Below are positions 1 to 9,234 of a DNA stretch of 64,000 nt, one piece after another (positions within the stretch are counted from its first letter, which is position 1; the number at the start of each line of letters is the position of its first letter). Both the position numbers and the translations under genes were made by a program. Below the pieces are notes generated by a model. That model was given only the letters and a program-made list of their open reading frames with translations, did not search any database and had not been told where the DNA came from. This DNA comes from Candidatus Bathyarchaeota archaeon (GTDB lineage Archaea; Thermoproteota; Bathyarchaeia; Bathyarchaeales; Bathycorpusculaceae): contig CAWEPZ010000009.1 in NCBI GenBank assembly GCA_963811105.1, positions 361,911-425,910 on the forward strand. The letters run 5' to 3'.

Positions 1-23
1 GTGGACCCATAAATCATCGCCAT
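1..23 (-). CDS. 5' end of a gene running off the window (MAMIYGS...)
   Basis: ATG at 23 on the minus strand, preceded by a GGAGGT Shine-Dalgarno (fwd acctcc at 35-40). Too short to assign a product. Confidence 0.5.
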
Positions 24-212
24 TTTTGCTAACTACCTCCGCTGAACCCATCCTTCTTATGTTAAAAGTTTCAGACATTTATTGCCCTCTTTTGAATAAT
101 AAACATTGTACGCAATTAAAAATTTATGCTTGAAAAAACATGAGGGCGCTATACGAATTTCGGTGTTAATTTTAATAAGTGCTGCAATGAGTATTTGTTT
201 TGAGCGAAAACC

Positions 213-1985
213 ATGGATTACTTGGTCATAGCAGACGAATACGAAAAAATCGAGGCCACCACTAAACGTTTAGAAATGACCGATTTGTTGGTCGGCTTAC
301 TAAAAAATACGCCGACAGAGGTCATTTCGAAGGTTGTTTATTTAACTCAGGGAAAGCTCTACCCAGACTTCATGGGCATCGAAATGGGTATCGCTGAAAA
401 ACTTGCAATAAAAGCGCTTGCCCGAGCGTCAGGCCAAAGCGAAAGTGTAATTCAAACTGAACTACAAAAAAGCGGAGACATTGGGCAAACGTCAGAAAAA
501 CTTTTAGCTAAACGTAAACAATCGACTTTTTTCAGCCGAAAACTAACGGTGGAACATGTTTATGAGACACTGGATAAAATGGCCAAAACCTCAGGCTCAG
601 GCGCAGTCGACACCAAAATGGCGCTTCTTTGCAGCCTTTTAACCGACGCTTCGCCCAGAGAGGCAAAATGGATAATTCGTACCGTCACAAGCAATTTGCG
701 CCTAGGCGTTGCAGATATGACGGTGCTTGAAGCGTTGGCTATCGCGTACGGCGGCGGAAAACAATCACGCGAACTCATTGAACGGGCATACAACATCTCC
801 TCCGATTTAGGCAGAGTTGCAAACGTAGTTGTCGAGAAAGGCATAGACGGCATCAAGAATTTCAAAGTCATGGTTTTTGAACCTATTAGACCCATGCTTG
901 CAGAACGGTTAGCTTCACCCGAGGAGATTTTGGAAAAACTTGGCGGAAAATGCATAGCCGAATACAAATATGATGGAGAAAGAGTACAAGCGCATAAAAA
1001 AGACAACAAAGTCATCTTATTCTCTCGTCGCTTAGAAAACATTTCCAGCCAATACCCTGACGCGGTGGAATTAATTAAAGAAAAAATTGATGCAAAAGAA
1101 GCCATTCTGGAAGCAGAATGCGTCGCAATGGACTTGGAAACAGGAGATATGCGTCCATTTCAGGAATTGATGCACCGAAGACGCAAATACGGAGTTGAAG
1201 CAGCCATAGAGCAGTATCCCATTTCGCTCTTCCCATTTGACCTCCTCTATGCAGATGGCAAAGACTTTACCCTTGAGCCTCAACCTCGTAGACGAAAGGA
1301 ACTACAACAAATCGTAAAACAAACTGACCGAGTTACACCAGCTATTCAAAAGCTTGTCAATAACTCAAAGGAACTTGAAAACTTCTTTGAGGAAGCTATC
1401 GAGAAAGGCTGTGAAGGCTTAATGTGCAAATCAGTCGCCAAAGACTCATGTTACCAAGCCGGGAGCCGCGGTTGGCTTTGGATAAAATATAAGCGCGACT
1501 ATAAGAGCGAAATGACTGACACTGTGGATCTTGTGGTCGTTGGAGCTTTTCACGGCAGAGGCAAGCGCGTTGGAACCTACGGTGCCCTGCTTTTAGCAAC
1601 ATACAATAAAGAAAAAGACACATTTGAAACCGTAACAAAATGCGGCACTGGCTTCACAGACAAAGACCTAATACAGCTCAGAGATACGCTTGCCAAACAT
1701 GTCATTCCTCGCAAAAACAGCCGCGTTCAATCAATGCTTGAAGCAGATGTGTGGTTTGAACCCAGCGTGGTACTTGAGATTTTAGGAGCAGAAATCACCC
1801 TAAGCCCCATCCACATGTGCGCCATGGATTCAATACGCAAAGGCAGTGGCTTAGCAATCCGTTTTCCGCGTTTCACGGGCAAATACCGAACCGACAAAGC
1901 TCCGGAGGATGCAACTTCCTCAAATGAGATTCTTGAAATGTACCGAGGCCAACTAAAAAAAATAAGTGACACCACAGGAACATAG
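213..1985 (+). CDS. lig: ATP-dependent DNA ligase
   Basis: EYKYDGER adenylation motif, EGLMCK, WIKYKRDY, RFPRF; PIP-like KQSTFF in the N-terminal domain. Confidence 0.98.
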   Translation: MDYLVIADEYEKIEATTKRLEMTDLLVGLLKNTPTEVISKVVYLTQGKLYPDFMGIEMGIAEKLAIKALARASGQSESVIQTELQKSGDIGQTSEKLLAKRKQSTFFSRKLTVEHVYETLDKMAKTSGSGAVDTKMALLCSLLTDASPREAKWIIRTVTSNLRLGVADMTVLEALAIAYGGGKQSRELIERAYNISSDLGRVANVVVEKGIDGIKNFKVMVFEPIRPMLAERLASPEEILEKLGGKCIAEYKYDGERVQAHKKDNKVILFSRRLENISSQYPDAVELIKEKIDAKEAILEAECVAMDLETGDMRPFQELMHRRRKYGVEAAIEQYPISLFPFDLLYADGKDFTLEPQPRRRKELQQIVKQTDRVTPAIQKLVNNSKELENFFEEAIEKGCEGLMCKSVAKDSCYQAGSRGWLWIKYKRDYKSEMTDTVDLVVVGAFHGRGKRVGTYGALLLATYNKEKDTFETVTKCGTGFTDKDLIQLRDTLAKHVIPRKNSRVQSMLEADVWFEPSVVLEILGAEITLSPIHMCAMDSIRKGSGLAIRFPRFTGKYRTDKAPEDATSSNEILEMYRGQLKKISDTTGT

Positions 1986-2032
1986 GAAAAGCTAAAACTG
2001 ATAAGCAGCAAATCGCTAAATACACAATAGAC

Positions 2033-2650
2033 GTGACTGCTTTGGCTCAAGACACAGAAAAAATGAAATCACTTATAGCATTCAAAAAGCGCCTAGAGGA
2101 ACAACTAGAAAAACTAACTGCAGAAACTAAAGAGGTCCAAGCAGCTTTAGAAACGGTTAATGGTATTTTACTTGAAAAAGGCTTCAGACGCGGAGACATA
2201 AAAGAAGTTTCTGAAGCGCCTGTGCCTAAAGAGGTTGTTTTGCCAAAACAAGAGCCGCAAGCACCAAAACCAGTCATTTTGCATGCGGCTGAGGAGGAAA
2301 GCGTTATTCCGTTGAAAACAATGTCTGAAGAGCCACTGGCTTTGATTTGTTTTGATAAGCAAGGAATGCATGTGTTGCCCGATGAAAGCAAGAATTTTAG
2401 TGTCAACACACCGCCCTTCAGCAATTTTCTTGTAGAAAAAGTCTTCGCTAAAATGCAGGAAAAAGACACTGAACTGGTAAGAACAAAACAGCTAGCAGCA
2501 GACAAAATGTTCTCTTACAACATTGTCCGTGAAGGCGAACATATACGAGAAATAGTAATCCGCAACGTCGATGAGGAACGCCTCAAAGAACTCAAATCGA
2601 GTATCCGTTGGACTTTCGAAAAAATGTACGAAAAAATGAAAAGTTCCTAA
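2033..2650 (+). CDS. Hypothetical protein with N-terminal coiled coil
   Basis: 205 aa ORF co-oriented with lig; heptad-rich N-terminus; no recognised motif. Confidence 0.8.
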   Translation: MTALAQDTEKMKSLIAFKKRLEEQLEKLTAETKEVQAALETVNGILLEKGFRRGDIKEVSEAPVPKEVVLPKQEPQAPKPVILHAAEEESVIPLKTMSEEPLALICFDKQGMHVLPDESKNFSVNTPPFSNFLVEKVFAKMQEKDTELVRTKQLAADKMFSYNIVREGEHIREIVIRNVDEERLKELKSSIRWTFEKMYEKMKSS

Positions 2651-2651
2651 G

Positions 2652-2978
2652 CTAAACTGAATGTTTGCTTATAGTGTCAGCTATTCTGTTTTTTGGGCAC
2701 AAACCCACAAGCCTATCAGCTTCCACACCATTTTTAAAAACTATCATTGTAGGTATGCTGAAAACTTGGAAGCGCGATGCTGTCGCTGAATTCTCATCAA
2801 CATCCAACTTGCCAATTAGGACTTTACCACTATTCTCTTTGGCTAATTCCTCAATTGTTGGAGCCAAAGCTCTGCAGGGACCACACCAACTAGCCCAAAA
2901 ATCAACAAATACCAACTTGTTCTTCTTAATTGTCTCATCAAAATTAGCGTCTGTTAAATGAAACGGTTGAATACTCAT
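2652..2978 (-). CDS. trxA: Thioredoxin
   Basis: WASWCGPC active site, SIPT motif, 108 aa. Confidence 0.97.
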   Translation of the reverse strand: MSIQPFHLTDANFDETIKKNKLVFVDFWASWCGPCRALAPTIEELAKENSGKVLIGKLDVDENSATASRFQVFSIPTMIVFKNGVEADRLVGLCPKNRIADTISKHSV

Positions 2979-3104
2979 TTTTTTAACTCCTTCTAAACAC
3001 TTAGTAATTTAATTTACGTTGATATAAACCGTTCGTGAACGTTAAAAGCACCAGCCAAATTATCAGAATTTGGGGCATTGAATTAGTCAAGGAAGCAACA
3101 TATG

Positions 3105-4313
3105 CTAGAAACTTACAAAGTTAAACTTGATTATCGAAACTACGCCCCACAAATTAACTAGCAAACTAAGTATTATCAGAGCTTTTTCTGGCCAACCTAT
3201 GTTTTCTCTCATGCCTTTGGCCGTCAGCAAAATGAGGAATGGCGTAAAATCAAGGCTGAAGCGATAACCAAACTGGGTAAACCCTACTGTGCCATGAGTA
3301 ATTATTGGAGGGAGAATGCAAAGTACTGCTAGGGCTGAATATTTGCTTAGTTTATTCCAAGGACCTTTGAAAATGAAGATGAACGCTGGGGTGGTTAAGA
3401 AAAGGCCTAGTCCCATCCAGTTAGGCTCGATGTACGGGAAATGATTGAGGAAGATTGGGCCTTGCAGGAAAATTGCATATAGGTGTCGTGGGACGTAGGC
3501 GATGTTGAAGATCCCCTGCTGGAAAAATGGGTCCTGCTGTATTCCAGGTATCAGACCATAACCTAAATCCAGAATTGTTCCCCATCTGGCAACATTGTAC
3601 ATTAAATATAGAGAAACTGGTATCGCTAAGCCTATGAAAAAAATGGCTGCTTGCTTAAGTCTTGGTTTCCAAGCGTTATTTCGCTCGTATATCAGAAAAA
3701 GAAAAAATGGAAAAGCTAAAGCGGTAGGCAGCCGAGCCAACGTAGAAAAACCAAGCAATAAACCGACTAAAACATAACTTTTCTTATACAAAGCTACCAA
3801 AATGGCGGATGTTAGGAAAAGAACCGCAACGACTTCAGCTATATACCATGATGTACCAACTGACGCAATAAACCAGAAACAAGTGCCGAAGCCTAAAAGA
3901 AAGGACAGCCACAATGCTTTGTTTCCGTTTGAACCTGTTTTCTTAAGCATCAGCCAAGTTAGAGAAATGCATAAGCTGGCAAGCATTATTGACATGAGGC
4001 TTTCGTCGAAACCTGTTCCAAAAGCTGCGACAAACGGCATGAGAAGGATGGCGGGCATAGGCGGATAGACCACATAAAAGTTGCCGTTGCGAGGAACCAC
4101 TTCCTGCAGCGAGATTCCGCCGCCTGAAAGGCCTAGCCTCCCATGGAGAAAAGCGTCAGCTAAATACACGAAATGGTTCTGGCCTGGAGGTGGCCCTTTG
4201 GTGAGCACAAAAATGAAGAATGATATTAGCGCAATTAGAATGAACTTCTGAATAGTGCCCAAAGACGCTATTCTGTCAAATGCACGCTGCATAAGTGGCC
4301 TAACCTTGTTCAT
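3105..4313 (-). CDS. Polytopic membrane protein, probable GT-C-fold glycosyltransferase
   Basis: About 10 TM segments; early loop YLADAF...YPP and late GYRF motif reminiscent of GT-C enzymes. Confidence 0.6.
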   Translation of the reverse strand: MNKVRPLMQRAFDRIASLGTIQKFILIALISFFIFVLTKGPPPGQNHFVYLADAFLHGRLGLSGGGISLQEVVPRNGNFYVVYPPMPAILLMPFVAAFGTGFDESLMSIMLASLCISLTWLMLKKTGSNGNKALWLSFLLGFGTCFWFIASVGTSWYIAEVVAVLFLTSAILVALYKKSYVLVGLLLGFSTLARLPTALAFPFFLFLIYERNNAWKPRLKQAAIFFIGLAIPVSLYLMYNVARWGTILDLGYGLIPGIQQDPFFQQGIFNIAYVPRHLYAIFLQGPIFLNHFPYIEPNWMGLGLFLTTPAFIFIFKGPWNKLSKYSALAVLCILPPIITHGTVGFTQFGYRFSLDFTPFLILLTAKGMRENIGWPEKALIILSLLVNLWGVVSIIKFNFVSF

Positions 4314-4407
4314 TGGGTGTAACCTAGCAACTGTTTAATTTGGAACACAAGAAATTTAAGTCTTATCAGCCTCGATGGAATTACACAATGCTTTTACTTA
4401 GGAGAAA

Positions 4408-4839
4408 TCATTTGCAGGGCTTCATTTTAGCCAACAAAGCTTTGAATGCACCGTAAGAATCTTTTGGGTCAGATATATCCGCGGCAGCCTTTTCAAACGG
4501 ACACACACCAGCCTTGTTTAAATCAAGCACGTTATCTACCATCTGCTGCCACTCGGAGGCGATGTGATATTCCTCGAAAAGCGCTTGAGCTTTCTTGCTT
4601 AAAACCTCAGCATAAACCTCATTCACCCCAGCGTAAACACAGAGCAGCGCTAAAGCTTTTCCAGCGACACGATCCGCTACTGAAGCCCCCCTTAGTTGGG
4701 CGCCCAAAGTGTCTATTGCATGGATAAAACCAGAGATTCGATGGGAATCCGTTTGGAACAGCACTTGACCGTCTTTTGCTATGGCAAGCGTTAGCTTCTT
4801 ATCATAGAGGTGGTTTTTGGCTATTTCTAGGTCTTGCAT
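4408..4839 (-). CDS. DUF1893-like protein
   Basis: ADRVAGKALALL and C-terminal CPFE motifs. Confidence 0.75.
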   Translation of the reverse strand: MQDLEIAKNHLYDKKLTLAIAKDGQVLFQTDSHRISGFIHAIDTLGAQLRGASVADRVAGKALALLCVYAGVNEVYAEVLSKKAQALFEEYHIASEWQQMVDNVLDLNKAGVCPFEKAAADISDPKDSYGAFKALLAKMKPCK

Positions 4840-4889
4840 GATTCTTCACTGAATTCAACGTTGGGCATCTAAAAACAATATTGGTTTCA

Positions 4890-5327
4890 TCACTCAAGCT
4901 CAATATTGAATAAGTCTTTTCCAGATAATTCGGCGAGTTGCCAAGCGAATGCTTCATCCAGTTTGTCTTGTTTTCGCTTTTGTTCCAGTTGCTCAATGAA
5001 CTGTTCAGTAAGCGTTATTTTCACTGCTTTAGAATCTCTTTCTTTTAAAAAGATTGCTTGAATGGTCTGTGAGTTTCTGAATTGGAGTCTTTGATTTCCG
5101 ACTGTACAGGTTGTTGACACTTGTATGCCGTCTAACAAACAGGAATATGGCGGATGCACCGGCACATTAATATCTGCTATCAAATGGGTGAATTCTGCGT
5201 CGGGAATATTTAGAGCCTCTTTGGCTGCATTCCCCATTTTTAAGCCTATAACTAAATATGGTCCTACGTGTCCGTGGAGTTTGCGTGCATATTCGATTGC
5301 TGCCGTGAGTTCATTTGGTTTTGACAT
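4890..5327 (-). CDS. FmdE-family (formylmethanofuran dehydrogenase subunit E-like) metal-binding protein
   Basis: LHGHVGPYLVIG and CLLDGIQVSTTCTVGN motifs. Confidence 0.88.
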   Translation of the reverse strand: MSKPNELTAAIEYARKLHGHVGPYLVIGLKMGNAAKEALNIPDAEFTHLIADINVPVHPPYSCLLDGIQVSTTCTVGNQRLQFRNSQTIQAIFLKERDSKAVKITLTEQFIEQLEQKRKQDKLDEAFAWQLAELSGKDLFNIELE

Positions 5328-5422
5328 TTCTCCATCACGTCTGGGTTGTGTTGGCGCTTAATGGAGATTGCGGTGCCTGCTTGAATGGGTCTAGTTTGTT
5401 GTATTGTTTGTATTGCCAGTAG

Positions 5423-6421
5423 CTAGTAAGAAGCCAGCCAAGACGCAATGAAGATTGCTATGATACCGAAACCTATCATTTCAAAATTCAGTGTATTTAG
5501 CCAGTTCCAGAATAGCCCACTAAAGTTTAGTTCGCTTGAGAGCACTTGCAAGAGTTCGATTGTGCCGATTGCCCACGCTACAAGGACGGAAATTACAGTG
5601 ACTGTCAAGTTATAGTATATCTTGCGTACGGGGTTTAGGAAGGCCCAGCCGTAAGCTACTCTCATGGCAACGCCATCTGCGGTGTCTACGGTAACCATAC
5701 CGCAGGTGAACAGCAGAGGCAAAATCAGCACATAGTACAACGGAATGTTCGTGGAAACTCCGATTCCAACGCTTATGGCAATAAGGGCAATTTCGCTTGC
5801 AGTATCGAAGCCTAATCCGAAGAGTAAGCCAACAGGGTAGATGTGCCAAGGTTTGCTTATAGCTTTGAAGAGTGGACGGAAGAAGCGGTTCATGAACCCT
5901 CTGTTTTCAAGCAAATTATCAAGCTCAGCCTGATTTAGTTTGCCTTGTTTTAGGGTTTGGAAGATCTTGTAAATGCCAATGACGATGACGGCATTGATGA
6001 ATCCGATGATCCAAAGAAAACTTCCTGAGACGAGTGTTCCAATTATTGCGCCTGCGCTTTGTAGGGCAGGTATGTCAGCGGCAACCGTGCGACTTGCAAC
6101 TATCAAACCTATGATGAGGGCAACAACTACCGTTGAGTGCCCAAGGGAAAACCACATACCAACAGTAATTGGGCGTTTTCCTTCTTGCATAAGTTTTCTT
6201 GTAGTGTTATCAATAGCTGCAATATGGTCGGCGTCAACGCCATGGCGTAAACCAAAAACGTATGCTACTATTCCTAGGCCTGCCAGAACTACAGCAATTT
6301 TTCCAATTATGAATGCTGCAGAGAAGCCAACTGCTGTAATTGCGAGTAGAGTTGTAAAGATTATAGCTATTTTGACTTTTTCATTTCGACTAAGGGCGTG
6401 AGTAGCGTTTTTTTCTGCCAT
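5423..6421 (-). CDS. HoxN/HupN/NixA-family high-affinity Ni/Co transporter (C-terminal tail apparently frameshifted)
   Basis: GLRHGVDADHIAAID, FSLGHSTVV and LFGLGFDTASE motifs. Likely start is the ATG at 6421 (MAEKN). Confidence 0.93.
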   Translation of the reverse strand: MAEKNATHALSRNEKVKIAIIFTTLLAITAVGFSAAFIIGKIAVVLAGLGIVAYVFGLRHGVDADHIAAIDNTTRKLMQEGKRPITVGMWFSLGHSTVVVALIIGLIVASRTVAADIPALQSAGAIIGTLVSGSFLWIIGFINAVIVIGIYKIFQTLKQGKLNQAELDNLLENRGFMNRFFRPLFKAISKPWHIYPVGLLFGLGFDTASEIALIAISVGIGVSTNIPLYYVLILPLLFTCGMVTVDTADGVAMRVAYGWAFLNPVRKIYYNLTVTVISVLVAWAIGTIELLQVLSSELNFSGLFWNWLNTLNFEMIGFGIIAIFIASWLASY

Positions 6422-6423
6422 GC

Positions 6424-6453
6424 AGTAACACTTTCCTTGCAATTCGTGTTACT
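6424..6453. promoter_or_regulatory. Putative NikR operator
   Basis: Perfect inverted repeat AGTAACAC-N14-GTGTTACT (= GTAACA-N16-TGTTAC) between the divergent transporter and nikR, next to a TATA-like catataaaag at 6457-6466. Confidence 0.8.
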
Positions 6454-6505
6454 AATCATATAAAAGCTTTTAGGCACAATAAACAACTTTCATGCCGTGA
6501 CATAA

Positions 6506-6913
6506 ATGTCTAAAGTCGCACGAATAGGAGTAACAATTCCGCCTGAACTACTCAAAGACTTTGATGAAATAATATACAAAATGGGTTATGAAAGCCGCAG
6601 CAAAGCTGTGCAAGACGCTATTACTCTGTATGTTTCAGAGCGGAAATGGCTAAAAGAACAAGACGCCGTTCAAACAGGCATCATACTTATGGTTTTCGAC
6701 CATGACGTGAAAGGACTTGAAACTGAACTAACCGAAACACAGCACGAACACTCTTCATTAATTACTTCAACTATGCATATTCATATTAGCGAACGAGATT
6801 GCTTAGAAGCCATAGCGGTTAAAGGCAAAGCTTCAGAAATCCATCACTTAAGCGACGAGCTAACTACAAGAAGAGGAGTAAAAATCCTCAAAACAACAAT
6901 TGTAACTGTTTAA
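6506..6913 (+). CDS. nikR: Nickel-responsive regulator NikR
   Basis: Ribbon-helix-helix N-terminus (RIGVTIP...SRSKAV); QH...HIH...C Ni ligands. Confidence 0.95.
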   Translation: MSKVARIGVTIPPELLKDFDEIIYKMGYESRSKAVQDAITLYVSERKWLKEQDAVQTGIILMVFDHDVKGLETELTETQHEHSSLITSTMHIHISERDCLEAIAVKGKASEIHHLSDELTTRRGVKILKTTIVTV

Positions 6914-7815
6914 ACCTGAAACATTCGCTCCAAAGAACCGCGTGCCTTCTTTGCAACGGCTTCAGGAACCTTAACTACATGCTTCTCTTCTTTGAGTGCA
7001 GTATATAGCCTATCAAGCGTTGTGAGCTTCATGTTTGGGCATATAGCGCCTTCATAAGCTAAATAAAAATTTTTGTCCGAGTTCTCTTTCTGGAGACGAT
7101 GAAGAATACCCTCCTCTGTACCGACAATGAAGTCTTTGGCGTTTGATTCTTTTGCGTAACGACACATTTTGGAGGTACTTCCAATAAAGTTTGCTACCGC
7201 GCGCATTTCAGAGCTACATTCAGGATGAACCATGACTGTGGCGCCTGGATACTTCATCTTCAAGACATTAACATCTTCAGGCTGGAAGAGCAAATGTGTT
7301 GGACAAAAGCCGTTATCAGGAATCGGAATCAAAGTTTTCCCTGTTTTTTCGGAAACGTATTCAGCTAGATTGTGGTCGGGGCCGAACAGAATTGTTTCGG
7401 CGTCTAAGGATTTTATTACTTCTACTGCGTTGGCGCTTGTGCAGCAAATATCACACTGCGCTTTACATGAAGCCAACGTGTTAACATACAAAACTACAGG
7501 AGCCTTTGGATGTTGAGCTTTAGCGCGTTTTATCTCGTCAACAGTAAGCATCTGCGCCATCGGACATCGCGCACCCAAACAGGGCAAAAGCACTTTTTTG
7601 TCTGGGTTAAGTATGGCAGCTGATTCCGCCATGAAATCCACAGCTGAGAAAACAATCATTTCAGCATCTTTTTCCTCAACCGCCTTGCGACTCAACTCAA
7701 TGCTGTCGCCAACATAGTCAGCTATATCTTGAATTTCTGACCTCTGGTAATTATGAGCTAAGATAACAGCTTTCTTTTCTTTTTTGAGCTTCAGGATTTT
7801 CCCAGTTAAATCCAT
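6910..7815 (-). CDS. nadA: Quinolinate synthase
   Basis: ILAHNYQ, GDS, CPMA, YVNT, CTSANA, HPEC, GSTS, CPNM motifs. Confidence 0.97.
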   Translation of the reverse strand: MDLTGKILKLKKEKKAVILAHNYQRSEIQDIADYVGDSIELSRKAVEEKDAEMIVFSAVDFMAESAAILNPDKKVLLPCLGARCPMAQMLTVDEIKRAKAQHPKAPVVLYVNTLASCKAQCDICCTSANAVEVIKSLDAETILFGPDHNLAEYVSEKTGKTLIPIPDNGFCPTHLLFQPEDVNVLKMKYPGATVMVHPECSSEMRAVANFIGSTSKMCRYAKESNAKDFIVGTEEGILHRLQKENSDKNFYLAYEGAICPNMKLTTLDRLYTALKEEKHVVKVPEAVAKKARGSLERMFQV

Positions 7816-8193
7816 ATTTACGCCTATTCACCTTGAAATTGAAAAATAAAGAGGACAAGTTAACAGATATATGCTTTTACCTTCAGGAAGGATACTTTAA
7901 TCTTAAATATGTCAAGAAAAATGAAAAAGTAACTTGTGACGCAGCTTTTCTCTTAAGGTTATTGAGCGTTTCCTCGCTTGAAAAAAACCGAAGTTTAATA
8001 CAAACTTGCTCAGATAATTCCGCATAACTCGAATGCGATACCCAATTTCTGGACAATCATAAGAGGACTATCTACCCCCATTGGTAAATACTTGAACAAG
8101 TTGTAGTCAAAATTAACTGTTATTTTATTGCCAGAACATCAAATCCAGAAATGCTAAAATTAGTCATCACATCATTCCTAAGGGTGCTTAGAT

Positions 8194-9234
8194 ATGCCTT
8201 ATAACGAACTAAGAAAGGATTACCTACTAAACCGCTGGGTCGTAATTGCAACAGAGCGAAGCCGCAGACCCACCGATTTTGCGAAGCCAAGAAACGAAAG
8301 CGTCAAAGCAGCTGTTTGTCCGTTGTGTGTGGGCAATGAAAACATGACGCCACCAGCCTTACTACTATACTTGAAAGAGCCGAATGAAATAACAAAAGCT
8401 GAAGACCCAGTGGATGGCGAGCGCCCAAAAAACTGGCTTGTACGAGGCATTCCAAACCTTTTCCCAGCATTCAATCCCCCAAAACAGGCTGAAGACCAAA
8501 AAGAAGTCATCAAAAGCGAAACATTGGCTAACGCAATTGGAGCTCATGAGGTTATTGTAGAATCACCCGACCACGATGAGGACCCAGCTGACGCACAGCA
8601 ACCTCAGTTGGAACTAGTTATCCAAGCATATGTGGATAGGCTTAGGGAGTTAAGCGCAAAATCCTATGTGAAGTATGTTTCAATTTTTAGAAATTATAGA
8701 CAGGAAGCAGGCGCGTCACTTACTCATGCTCACAGCCAATTAATTGCAATGCCCATTGTTCCATCATTGATTCAAGAAGAATTTGATGCAAGCAAAACAT
8801 ATTACGAAAAAAATGGCAAATGCGTTTTCTGTGATATAATTGAGCAAGAAGCGAGGGGTCCAAGGCTTGTTTTGGAAAACTCTGAGTTTATAGTTTTCAC
8901 GCCTTATGCAAGTATTAACCCAATGGAGTTCTGGATTGTTCCAAAGAAGCACTCAGCAAACATCTTGAACCTAGACGATGACGAAATAAGCATTTTCGCT
9001 AAAACTCTCAAAGCCAGCCTTAAAGCCCTAAAAGACCTCGTAAATGACCCTCCATACAACTACGGTTTCCACTTAGCCATAAACAAAGAAGCCCAAGACC
9101 ACTATCATTGGCACTTAGAGGTTTATCCCAAGCTGTCAATTTGGGCTGGCTTCGAAATAAGCACAGGAACATACATTAACACAGTAACGCCTGAAAACGC
9201 AGCCGAAAGCCTAAGAAAAACAATTCAGCCCTAA
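8194..9234 (+). CDS. galT: Galactose-1-phosphate uridylyltransferase family protein
   Basis: ERSRRP, CPLC, GASLTHAHSQ (HxHxQ), HWHLE motifs. Confidence 0.93.
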   Translation: MPYNELRKDYLLNRWVVIATERSRRPTDFAKPRNESVKAAVCPLCVGNENMTPPALLLYLKEPNEITKAEDPVDGERPKNWLVRGIPNLFPAFNPPKQAEDQKEVIKSETLANAIGAHEVIVESPDHDEDPADAQQPQLELVIQAYVDRLRELSAKSYVKYVSIFRNYRQEAGASLTHAHSQLIAMPIVPSLIQEEFDASKTYYEKNGKCVFCDIIEQEARGPRLVLENSEFIVFTPYASINPMEFWIVPKKHSANILNLDDDEISIFAKTLKASLKALKDLVNDPPYNYGFHLAINKEAQDHYHWHLEVYPKLSIWAGFEISTGTYINTVTPENAAESLRKTIQP

